From Lama glama (taxonomy: Eukaryota): DNA of 64,000 nucleotides. Each line of letters opens with the position of its first letter. Positions within the stretch are counted from its first letter, which is position 1. Location of the stretch: positions 36,210,001 through 36,274,000 of the forward strand of contig CM052816.1 in the NCBI GenBank assembly GCA_028534125.1, given 5' to 3'. The translations under genes and the position numbers were made by a program. Below, piece by piece: positions 52,700 through 64,000 of the stretch. The notes beneath the pieces were generated by a model, which was not told the origin of the DNA, searched no databases, and saw only the letters and a list, made by a program, of their open reading frames with translations.

Positions 52700-54055
52700 G
52701 AACACATCAAGTGAGACTGCTGAGATTTGATTCTAGTAACCTACTGCCGCAGTCATTAACAGCCATCCACAGTACTAGACATAACGATATCCCTCCGTTT
52801 TTTAAAATAAGGGTTTCACCTGGCTTCTGATGTCCTTCCTACCACTTACCTCCTCTTCTCTTCTTTCCTGGTTCCTGTTCAACTTCCCATCTTCCCAATA
52901 TCGAAGTATGCCAATGCCTGGTCCTTGGAAGTTTCCTCTTTATCCTCACTCACTCCCTTGGAATCTCTTTTCAACATCACATTTACACTGACTAGTCCCA
53001 GCTTTATCTCCCCAAACTAGAACTCAATCTAGACTCACGTATTCAATTACTTATTAGCATCTTCACTTAGATGTCTAATACACACATCAAATTAATCATG
53101 CTCAAAATAGAACCCTTGATTTTCCTCCTAACATTTACTCTACCCAGTCTCCCCTACCCTCAGGTGCTAAAAAAATAAAAACAAAAAACAAAAAACCCAT
53201 TCTTGGTTCCCCTTTTCCCTCATGTACCACATCCATTTCATTCCATCAGGAAATCCTACTGACTCCGTCCTCAAAGTATTTCCAGTGTCTTATCACTGAT
53301 CACTACCCAGGTCCAAGCTGCCATCCTCTCTTGTCTTCATTCCTGCAACTACCTCCTTACTGGCCTTTCTACTCCTGCCTTTGCCTCTTTCAGTCTTTTC
53401 TGAACACAATGTTCAGAGTGATCCTCTTAAAACTTAATTAAGAGCTTGTCAAACCTCTGTTCACAACCAGCATCCCTCAGACCAAAGCCAAATTAAAAAA
53501 ACAAAATTGCCTACAAACTTCTGCACAATCATGGTAACTTCTGCCTCCACTTTTCTAATTTTTCTCCCACTCCACACTTTTTCTCTAGACATCCTGGCCT
53601 CTTTGCCTTTCCTTAAGTGTATCAGACTCACTCCTTTCTAAGAGCATTTTCACTGGCTTTTCTCTCCGCCTTGAATACTTTGCTCCTAAATATTGATAAA
53701 ACTCTCCCTCCTACCTCAAAATCTTTGGCCACCCTATTTACAATGGTAACTCCTTACTGTCCCTATCTTCCCACATGAAGATAAAGTAGACTAAGATATT
53801 AGACTGCAATATTTTTGCCAAGCAGTAATCACTGATTAATATGCTCTAAATTATATTATTTATTTTGTCTATTGTCTTGAGTCTCCAACTTGAGTATTTA
53901 GCCTCCATCAGGCAGCAATTTTTGCTGTTATAGCCACTGCCATATTCTCAGTGCTAGAACAACATCTAGTTTGGGTAAATGGTAAAAACAGCCCCTCAGT
54001 GACATGTAAGACTAAGCACTAGCTGAATAAATAAGTATTTGTTGACTAAATGAAC
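52700..54055 (+). mobile_element. L2 element, 3' ~1.3 kb
   Basis: catcttcacttagatgtctaata...tccaagctgccatcctctc...aataagtatttgttgactaaatgaa. Confidence 0.8.
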
Positions 54056-55484
54056 AATCTACTTAGTCCTTACGGATTAGACACAATGTTTTGGTACCTT
54101 ACTCTATCAAATTACTGCGACTCTGTTGCGCTTCAGCCAACAGGTATGACTGAATGCTACGAGTGAATTTCAGTCAATGTGCAAGGCTGATTTCAAATAT
54201 TTGGGGCAGTTATAACTATAGACATAGATATAGATCTTGGCCTCTGCCATCGTAAATGTTTAGTGCAACATTTCCTTCTGGGATGTGTAGTTAGGAAAAT
54301 CATCTTGGTTCTTATTCCCTACTCCCCACCAAAAAATAATGGAGAACGTCTCAGTAGAGCTAAAAAAGTAAGAATATATTTGTTTATCTCCTCTTCAGTG
54401 TTTATAATTATTTTATTTTCATTCTCACTTGTGATGCCACTGGTAATGCAAATCACAGAACCCAATACTAAACTTACCCTGCTATTTGGAATTCAGGCAA
54501 TCATTGCCTTCACCACCTGCTCTTTTCTTGCCTGCTTTGGAGGGGCTATTATATTACATGCATGGACTGTCCAATGAGCAAAAGGCCAGGTGTCACTTTG
54601 AGTGACAGCTTCCCAGTTGCAAACACTGTAATTCCATTCATTCAGTTGAGTGATTGTGCGGCTGAATGTCACTTGGTCTTCAGAATACCTCCTCTCAACT
54701 TCCATTGTTTTGACTGCATCTGGGAGTTGATGCTGCAAGGAGAGAGTGAGGTAATGCAGAGAGCACTGACAGTTTGCAGCATCTGCAAGCTGGGGCATAT
54801 CTCCTGTTGCAATGTTTATATCTTTGGCTAACAGTGATATAATTCCTCCTTTTTTTTTTTTAAGTTGACAGGTAGTTGGGATTTGTGCTTTTGTTCTTCT
54901 ATAAAAGGAGAAGCAGATTCATGTGTTCTGCAAGGGTAGGATTTATCTAGTTCTTAGATTTGGATCTAATGCCTCAACAACATTCCTGTATTAACTTGGT
55001 TGAATGGAAATAATAAAACTATGTCTCTGCTAATCTGATTATATCTGTCACTGTACTTAGAGTGCAGATGACTGCAAGGCTGATCTGGATGCCATAGTTC
55101 TCATTTGATGTTACTAAGTGTCAAGACCGCCACAATGATGAGCTTGGCAATGAAGCGGTCTCGTTAATTTGCCACAGGTGACAGTCAATGGACTGGTGTT
55201 TTTCTTAGCGGCGTTTAGCAGGGCTGTTTTTTCTCAAGTGTCCTGTGAAGTTAAGTGAAAACATCTACATTGCCACTGACCCCGATAGTAGTACAGTTGC
55301 TTTGGTTAGTTCAACAATCATAAAAACTGAAAAGACCTATCACTCCTTGGAGGCAGATCTTAAAGTAGGTAGAAAAGGCATCTCTCCTCATGGCATACCT
55401 GGGTTGGGGCTCAGGCAATTTATTCTTTATTTAAACAACAGTGGCATCATATTATGAAGGTCCTGACACTTGGGCTGGGTACTG

Positions 55485-56325
55485 GGATACTCTATCTGGC
55501 AAGACTATACTTTAAAGTAGAAGGAGAGATAAAGAATTTCAAGCAAAAACTAGAAGAATTCAGCAATACTAAACCTATCCTAAAAGAAATATTGAAAGAT
55601 CTACTCTAAATAAAAAAGAAGCAGGAAGCTATAGAAATGAGAAAACCATAATTGGAAATGTGATAACCACAATTAGTTGCAAGAAAATAAACATGAAGAT
55701 GTTAAAAAAAAAAAAGAGGACATCAAAATCATAAAAGGTGGGAGGGGGGAGCAAGAAAATATCCTTAGTCCTCTTTTTTTTTCTTCATTCTTTTTAGGAT
55801 GTATTTGAGCCTACATGACTACCAGTCTAAAGCAAACAGATATAGTAAGGAGTTAACATACTTGAAAAACAGGGTAACCACAAATCAAAAGCATACAATA
55901 GAGTCACAAAAACCAAAAAGAAACCAAGACAATACAAAAGAAAATTATCAAACCAGAAAAATACCATATGATGTCACTTACATGTGGAATCTGAAAAAGA
56001 CAAGCAAACTTATTTACAAAACAGAAACACACTCACATTCATAGAAAACAAACTGGTTACCAGGGTGGGGGAGGTAAGGTGCTGGGAAGGGATAAATTGT
56101 GAGTTTGAGATTTGCAGACACTAATATATATAAAATAGATAAACAAAAAGTTCATACTGTATAGCACTGGGAACTATATTCAATATCTTCTAGTAACTGA
56201 TGGTGAAAAAGAATATGAAAATGAGCATATGTATGGTCATGTAAGACTGAAGCATTATGCTGTACACCAGAAATTGACACATTGTAAACTGACTATACTT
56301 CAATAAAAATACATATAAAAAAGAA
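55485..56325 (+). mobile_element. 5'-truncated HAL1-like L1: ORF1 C-terminus, spacer and 3' UTR, with no ORF2
   Basis: 55487-55609 translates ILYLARLYFKVEGEIKNFKQKLEEFSNTKPILKEILKDLL* (L1 ORF1p end); at ~55955 it jumps to gaaaaataccatatgat (L1 3' end, compare 41240) and ends aataaa plus an A-rich tail. Confidence 0.85.
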
Positions 56326-56329
56326 ATTG

Positions 56330-57430
56330 GAAATACAGGATGGGAGATGAGGTGAGAGGTCAGGCTGTGGCTGAGGATTTATGAGTCATTAATATCTGCA
56401 AAGAAACTGAGAGAAGTGGTAGATGAGAAGTGGGATGTGGCACCGATGAGGCTATTACTGTTGAGAGAAATAGGAATCCGTGAAGAGGGCACAAAAATAA
56501 TCACTAGACAAAGGGAAAGAATAATGTGGTGACAAACAAAAGAGTTTATTAAGCAGTTTTTAAAAACACTGACCAGTGGTTCAGGTAATCAACAACAACA
56601 AAGAATGAGAAAGGGCAATGTGCTTTGCTTTCTTAAGGCTCCTCCTTGGGGGCATCCTTCTGTATGGCTGTGATAGGTCTATATATGTACATACTCCTGC
56701 CATTTAATTTTAAAGGTGTAAGCTCTGGGTAAAAGAAGCTTGGCAAGGCATAAGACATATGTTGGACTTAGTATATGTTTCAAAAGCTATCAGATATTTT
56801 TTGAGCATCATTTATATACTAAGGATTAAATAAAATAGGTAGAAAGGGAGATGGTCAGACAGATGGTCAGTCATAATACAGAGTCATAGGTGACCTGTGT
56901 GCTTATAAACAAGTGCCTTGTGGATACAGGGCTGGAGTTGATGGAGTATTTTTCAGGCCTGTGAGGATGGCTCAGAGGGAAGGTGATAACAAAATGAATT
57001 TCAAACAGAGTAAAAAATGAGCAAAGGCATACAACCATGTGAATGGGACAGAATTGAGGGACAGCAAGACGTTATGTGTGGCTGGATTCCTGGCGATGAG
57101 GCTGGAAAAGGAGGGCCTTTGGGAGTTGTTCTGCAGCACTGTGGCTCCACTGAGGATTTTAAACAGGGGAGGGGCACAGGTGGGTGCTTTGGAAATATGA
57201 TCCTGGCATACTCGAAGAGGATGATTAGAGATGGGAGAAAGTGGAAGCATAATGGCCTGTTGAAAGATAGTAACAATTGTCAGGTAAGACATAATGAGGG
57301 TCAGTGGGCAGAGTAGTAGGCATGGGAAGGAAAGAGGGAAAGTACTTAGATATGTTTCAGAATTGGAAGTTCTCTGACTGGATGTGGAAATGGGTGTAAG
57401 GTTTAAGAAAAATTCAACAGTGCTTCCTAA
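56330..57430 (-). mobile_element. L2 fragments
   Basis: ccactgaggattttaaacagggg...caggtaagacataatgagg antisense L2 motifs. Confidence 0.65.
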
Positions 57431-57489
57431 ACCTGAGGAAGCAATGACAGGCCTGGGGGTGAGGAGCTGGCATTCTGTATTTAGATTAT

Positions 57490-58290
57490 TACCTACCACA
57501 TCCAATCTGGGGAAAAAATTGCCTTCATCCTCAAATAGCCAGAACCCAGCTGCTTCTCATCGCTTCCCCCTCTACTGCTCTAGCTAGACCAAGCTGCTGT
57601 CCTCTCCTGCCTGGATTATGACCAGGCAGTAGTCTTCCAGCTTCTACCCTTCGCTGCCTATAGTCAGTTCTCAATGCAGCAGGCAAAATTATTCTGCTAA
57701 GTACAAGGACAAGCCTCTTCTTTTCTCAGTATCTTTCAATAGCTTTCTACCTCTCTCAGAGTAAAGCCCAAATTCTCACATAATCTATAAGAGATTTTCC
57801 AACCTGCTATCCCTTCTGTTCTCCCCTCACCCACACATGCACACCCACACACCCATTATCTGCCACTGGTTCCCTGAGCCCCAGCTTCATTGGCTTCCTT
57901 GTGTTTTCTGTAATACACTAGGTATACTTCTGCCTCAGATCCCTTGCACTTGCTTTTGTCTCTGCTGGGAATGCTTTTTCTTGGAAATCTGCATGGTTCT
58001 AGTCTCACTTTTTTTCATGTCTTCACTCAAATGTCATATTCACAGAAAAGCCCTCCCTGGTTACTCTACCAAAAATGTAAGCATGTCCCTTCTTCCCCTT
58101 CCGTTTAATGTTGATTCCTAGCACTTGCATTGTTTAGCATACTTGCCTTTTACTTAATTACCTGTTTACTGTGTGTCTTCCTCACTAGAATATAATCTTT
58201 TCATGAAGGTAGGATTAAAAAAATTTTTTTAATGCTGTATCAGTGCTTGGCACGTAGCCAATGCTTAATATTTGCTGAATGAATATAAGT
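57490..58290 (+). mobile_element. L2 (L2a-like) 3' end
   Basis: ctcctgcctggattat...ctcagagtaaagccc...cagtgcttggcacgtag..aatatttgctgaatgaat. Confidence 0.85.
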
Positions 58291-58714
58291 TTCAGGGAAA
58301 TGCAACTTATAATGAAAAGGCTAAAATTAGGAAAATTATTTTCATGAGAATAAGAAACATTAAGAGACATTCTCAGAACCCCACCAGACATGTTATTCAT
58401 TAATATTTCTCCAAAATGCTTTACATAACATGTAATATACATTGTATAAGTAATAAAGTGATAACAAGAGATATTAATTCTTGCTTATTCTCTAAACCGT
58501 TCCATTGAAAATTATATGACAACGCATGTCCCAGCTCGCAACATCTCCAAACAATTCACCAATGATGTAACTATGAACTGTAAGCTTTAGGGAAATGTGT
58601 CTTATACAATGAATGAAGTGGAGGTGGAAAACGTAATTGTGTAATGTCCGAACTAAAAAATAAATCGAAACAGTGACACAGGTGACGATGATGAAGTCAG
58701 TCTTATGAAATGCA

Positions 58715-59420
58715 TGACTGATTCATCCATTTGTCAACACTGACTGAATCTTTCCTTTGTGCTAGGCACTGCTCTGATGGTAGGGATGCAAGACTAATAA
58801 GAAATACTACTCACTGCAGATAAAACTCTCACTGTAATCGCAACTCAGGCAGGAAAATGAATAATTATTTTACTGTACAGTAGAGTTATACAAAAGATGC
58901 TGTGGGAGGCAATGAGGAGACATGTCCAATGAAAAAGGCCTTTTGCCTGTGTGATCCAGAATGTAATTCAGAGGAGAAGAAAGCAGTGTACATGGTTTCA
59001 TGAATATACAGAAAAGTGAATGAGTAGAAGTATAGTTTGTACTATTTTCAATTAATCAAACTTATAGCTGAATTTATGAATGATGCAGCATCCTTGTAGA
59101 TGACTGTGTGTTCAAAAGTTGAAAAACTGAATCTGAAGTTCAAGACAGAGGTTAGGACTAGGGAGCAGCATTTTGATACTGATTTTTAGGCGATAAAGTG
59201 GGGGTGAGTAAGATTACTCAGAAAGTATGTATCTTTTTCTCTCTCTCTCTCTCTCTATCAATGCGGGAGGAAGAGAAGCCTGTGACAGAAGTGGTAAAAA
59301 AGTTTCAAGGGAGTTGGAGTCAACCCAGGAGACTCACTTTAAATATTAAGAAGGGAAAATCTGAAGAAATTCTCAATCCTATCAAATCATTCATGGTATC
59401 AAACAGAATGACTAAAATAA
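58715..59420 (-). mobile_element. L2 fragments
   Basis: attcatccatttgtcaacactgactgaa...tgtgctaggcactgctct. Confidence 0.6.
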
Positions 59421-59831
59421 AATATAACTTATAAAAGAAAACACTACAGATGACTTCTTTAATTGATGGGTAGACTCAAAGTTTTAAATTGGTTTTATTA
59501 TTCTTGAGAATATTAGGCACTTTCATAGCTACAAAAAAGGAATTCAGGAAATAGAGAAAAAAATCATCAAATACCAAGTTTCCAATGTGGTCTTGTCATT
59601 GTGTCAGCAAACATATTACCTGTATTTTTTTATTATTATTATTAGTCCAATAAAAGCTATGGCTTTTTCAAAAATTCAGGTTTGGATAAAGTCCACGTGA
59701 TGTCTGGATTTTCAAAATCTAACCTATAAGACCATAAGGAAGGTATAGCATGTATCCAATTTTATGGTATCTATATACTTGTTTCCAGGTCATTTGTTTC
59801 TTGCCCTCTTCTTTCCTAATATTTCCTACAG

Positions 59832-60012
59832 ATTTTCTCTGTGGTTTTTCAAAATCCCACTGGCATATTTTTGTCATACCCAACATTCATCTTGTTGTGG
59901 GTTGAGATATTCCTTGAAGATCAAATCACAGAGCCTAATAAAGCACAGATAATGGCATTTTTGACTATGTGGCGCATCTGTTTCTTAATGACTTTAGGGG
60001 CCACACTATCTG
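59832..60012 (+). other. Candidate exon C (181 nt), open throughout in phase 0
   Basis: Acceptor ctcttctttcctaatatttcctacAG|A; consensus donor CTG|GTAAGT; unique sequence. Confidence 0.7.
59952..60012 (+). CDS. Putative first coding segment: signal-peptide-like MAFLTMWRICFLMTLGATLS of an unidentified secreted or membrane protein
   Basis: First ATG in the exon has strong Kozak context (ATAatgG); basic residue then hydrophobic core then small residues; ends at a phase-1 donor as is common for signal-peptide exons. Confidence 0.45.
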
Positions 60013-60699
60013 GTAAGTGGAAGAACTGGCACTAGGGAAGTTCGGGTCACTGGCTGGTGGTGATATGATTACTGGCTGGAAGCAATGTGGATGAGTTGGT
60101 CTATGTCTAATCCTTCTGTGGCTTCCTGTGTGACACACTGTAATGAAAACATCACCGCAAATTATAAGAATTGTCAAAATGCGCTACCAGAAGATTTTTT
60201 TCTTTTCTTTTTTGCTCTACAGTCTGCTGCTAACCCCAAATTTATAGTGCTTTGTATTATACACAGAAGCTGCTCCCACTCAGTGGACGTACGTAGGAGC
60301 TGAACAATTAACACACGACAAGAAGGTTAAACCCTCTCTAAAGTCAACGGATTTGGGTGTTGAGGATAGTTGTTGCATAAACTGGAATACAGAAATAGGT
60401 TGAAAGTCAAGTTTTACTCCTGGAGCTAAAATCATACTTGCTTCTAAATTCTAAGTATTGAGTTTGAATATTAAAGATAGTTGTAGTCTACACTTACCAC
60501 TACTTAAGAGGTTTGGGGCGTATGATGCAAAAGTTAAATACACACAGGCACACTCTCTTCTATAAAACTGCTTAGTCATTTGGGTCCTTCCAGGAAATTT
60601 ATAGCTTTAACTATTTATTTGAACCATGTAAAGTAGATCAAAGCTCTTTGGGAAATTAAAAGATCTTAACCAATTCACTATTGAAACCACTTCACTAGA

Positions 60700-61030
60700 G
60701 TAATAATAGATACAGTGCTAAGAGCTTTTCAGGGATTTTCTCACTTCTCCTAAGAGCTTGAGAGATAAGTAGTATTTTTCCATTTTGCAGATGAGGTATC
60801 AGACAGGCATGTACAGGGAGCAAGGGCAACGTCATAATTCAGACTACAGAAAGTCTGACTCAAGAGCCCAGGACGTAGCCACTCACCTAGCCTCTGTCCA
60901 TCTCTATATACTGTCTCATGTGCTGCCACTTACTTTATCTCAGTTGAGCTTCTCAGTGCTGTCAGGCAGGCAAGTAAAAACAATTATCCCTAACTGGAAT
61001 ATGAGGTTCATAATTAAATGACTTATACAG
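60700..61030. mobile_element. Two MIR fragments (minus then plus)
   Basis: ccattttgcagatgagg (antisense) and ctgccacttact...gaggttcataattaaatga (sense). Confidence 0.6.
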
Positions 61031-63094
61031 GGTCTCATAAAAAAATCTGCGACAGACTGAACTAAATTCCAGTTTCTTAGTTTTATTTTAGGCTTGTTAT
61101 TTTGTTAATCAATTTCCTTCCTTCCTAGGAAAAAACAATGAGATGTTCTAACGTAGCATATCTGTGCCTTTAAAAAAAAGTATCATTAACATTTCTCTTA
61201 AAGGTTAAAAAAAAGTATATTCATTTTTCTTTGATACTTAATGAATAGGTAGTTGCAAGGCAGTCTTGAAGGGGTCAGAGATAAAACTGTGGAAGCATTT
61301 GGCTTATAGGTATTAAGTGGAGGTCACAGAGAATGTGCTCCCCCTTGGAAAAGTACTGTGAAAGTATCAAGCCACAGTCAACAAAGAAATACCACCCCCA
61401 AAGATCTTGATGCATATGGTTAAGAGTTTGAAACAGTTCAAAACTATTATTCTACTTTCAATGGTCCCCATGGCCAAGCCCTCCAAACCTAAAGGATGCA
61501 GTGAGTTAAACAGAAACTTAATGCATGCTTCATATGGCCAAAGCACTAGGAGGGGAGGCCAAAGATGATCGAGACCAAGCCCCAGCTTTCAAGGAAGGTC
61601 TTTTTAATAAGGAATAGGAAATATGGCAACAGTGTTAACAGGAGACAGAATGTGAGGAGTGCCGTAAGAAAAGTAATAAATACAATCGGGTTCAAGGCAG
61701 GGTGAGAGCACATCTGGCTGGGGGCAATCCAGAGAGTTTTGAAGGGAAACATTTTGTAGGATGGGTAGGGTTTCAACAGGGGAGAGGTGTGTGCGGTGAG
61801 GGTAGTAGGGGAATTTCAACAGAGTGACTTTCAATCCACAAATTGAGAAAGAATGGAAGGAAGTTTACATTTTAACCTCAATTTCTTAAAATGACACCTA
61901 TTTTTAGTGGTTCTCTGCAAAGAAGAGAACGTGAAATACACTATAATTAAATCTAAAACTTTATATTGATAAGGCTTTTCTTCCAAGGAAGTTAAAAGAA
62001 TTTTGCAATCAAGATCATTTGAATGATTATGTCCTTTGCAGTAAGTGGAAACTAAAAAAAGAAGAAGAAAAGAAAAAGAAAAAAAATTTGAGTGCCTAAG
62101 TAATTTGCCTTTCAAGGAAAAGTCACTGGAAAGTAAGAAATAGAGTTAGTACCATCTTTGGAGTTTCTTCTATTTCTTAGTACAAAATGACAGATTATAA
62201 AAGCTTAATTCTGGAACTGAAAAATGGATATTAGTGAAATGAACAGAAAAACGTTTTATAATATACTTGCAATCTACAACTTTTTTATAACAATTTCTTC
62301 TAAATATGGTTAAGTTTACAAAGGTCCTTTGCTTTCCACAAACATCCAAAAGCTATTTTCCACCTGATAAAAATCTCTCAGTTCATCATGCTCGAATGTC
62401 TGAGACTCATTAGAACATACTAAATACATTCTACTTATCAAATGAATGAAAGTACCAGAAGGTTGCTATGCTGAACACAACCTATATAACAAACATGTGT
62501 GGCAACTCCCAGTGGACCTATTGGATTGCAGTGGTAACAGACAGTGAACTCAGTCCAGTCCTTAGCTGAGTCTGAGATTCTCCCTTCTCTTAGGGCACAA
62601 AGCATCATTTCCCAGGAATTCTTACCCTAAAGTGTTTATATTATTAGCATTTAATTATGTTTTGGCTCATATAGGCACCATCATGTTCAGAATAAGAGAA
62701 ACTAAGGGATGGGGACTCTGCAGTAAATCTGAATTTGAGAACAGCCAGAAAGTTTTTATACAAAACTGTCAGGTTGATTTAGGTGAAGCTTGAAGCTGTT
62801 GTAATGAATTCAAAGTTTAATTTTGAGAAAAAAGAATGGAATTTTCTTCTGAGTGAAAATAGTGTCCTAATCACATGATTTAATCTGTCAATTTGATAAC
62901 AGAAATTCAGTCTAAGCTGAGAAAGAACTGATTAATCCATGATAATAGACCACTTGGAAAGTCTTATGTTTTTAAATGGCTCAAATGCATTATTTTTAAG
63001 AGTTTAAGAAAATTATTTAAAGAGGATTTGGGGATATTCTTTTCTTTGTTATTTCTATATTTGGTCCCCAGTTTGCCTTTATTTAAAGATGGCC

Positions 63095-64000
63095 TTTAAT
63101 TTTTAGAGCAATTTTAGGTTCATAGCAAAACTGAGCAGAAAGTACAGGGCTCTCACATACCCCTCTACATGCACACACACTGTACACTGGAGTGGTACAT
63201 ATGTTACAATCGATGAATCTACACTGACACTTCATTATCACCCAAAGTCTGTAGTTTACATTAGCTCACCTTGGTGTTGTACATTCTATGTATTTGGACA
63301 AATGTATAGAGCCATGTATCCATCACTGCAGTATCATTCACAATGATATCACTACCCTAAAACTCCTCTGTGCTCTGACTGTTTCCCTTCCCTTCCTCTC
63401 TAACTCTGGCAATCCTGATCTCTTTAAGTCTTCACAGTTTTGTCTTTCCCAGGACATCATATAGTTGGCAATATACAGTATGTGGCCATTTCATATTCGC
63501 TTCTTTCACTTAGTCATATGAATTTAAGTTTCCTTCATATCTTTACACAGCTTGATAGCTAATTTATTTTCAGCACAAATATTTATTGTCTAGGTGCATC
63601 ACAATGTATTTATCCATTCATCTATTGAAATATGTCTTGGTGACTTCTAAGCTTTGGCAATTATGACTAAAGCTGCTATAAACATCCTGTGCAGGTTTTT
63701 GTGCAAACATTTTCAACTCCTGTAGGAAGAGGCCAAAGAGTCTGACTGCTCTAGCCTGGCAAGAGTATGTTTAATTTTGTAAAGAAATTACCAAACTGTC
63801 TTCCATAGTGGCTGTACCACTCTGCATTCCTCCTGTAATGAATGAGTTCCTGTGCTCCACATCCTCTCCAGCATTTGGTGTTTTCAGTTCTGGAGTTTGG
63901 CTCCTCTCCATAGGTTAGTAGTGGAATCTCGTTGTTTTAATTTGCATTTCTCCAATGACATACGATGTGAAGTATCTTTTCATATGCTTACTTGCTATTG
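63095..64000 (-). mobile_element. L1MC1-like 3' end, running off the window
   Basis: ttttagagcaattttaggttcatagcaaaactgagcagaaagtacag...gttacaatcgatgaatctacactgacac...ttaatttgcatttc. Confidence 0.9.

Noticed and set aside
55131..55200. Box C-like ATGATGA with an internal TGGCAA/TTGCCA stem (C/D snoRNA?)
   Set aside because: No CTGA box D at the expected distance (CTGG instead) and no recognisable guide sequence
56972..57505. Longest ORF in the track (177 aa, minus)
   Set aside because: Lies in degenerate L2 sequence; no protein-like features
1..64000. CRISPR arrays, rRNA/tRNA genes, prokaryotic systems, CpG-island promoter
   Set aside because: None seen; the sequence is mammalian intronic DNA

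Overview
This is AT-rich, CpG-depleted placental mammal DNA with no CpG island and no long ORF. The young L1 3' ends are of cetartiodactyl type and I saw no Bov-tA/BovB, CHR, PRE1 or Alu SINEs, so a camelid is the best guess (inference). Much of the window is ancient interspersed repeat (L2, MIR, MER5/MER102-like DNA elements, MLT1/MLT2 LTRs, L1M) plus several younger L1 fragments. The rest looks like large introns of an unidentified + strand spliced gene. Candidate exons are 2278-2336, 7562-7619 (GC donor), 7811-~7955 (terminal, AATAAA) and 59832-60012; the last carries a strong-Kozak ATG and a signal-peptide-like 20-mer ending at a phase-1 donor. The main highlights are (i) a three-exon 78-codon upstream ORF whose stop overlaps that ATG (TAATG), (ii) a TSD-flanked ~390 bp bipartite L1 (5' end fused to 3' end) with an apparent 3' transduction, (iii) a HAL1-like L1 lacking ORF2, and (iv) a consensus CTCF site. 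All repeat family names are from visual recognition and have approximate boundaries. No gene symbol could be assigned.
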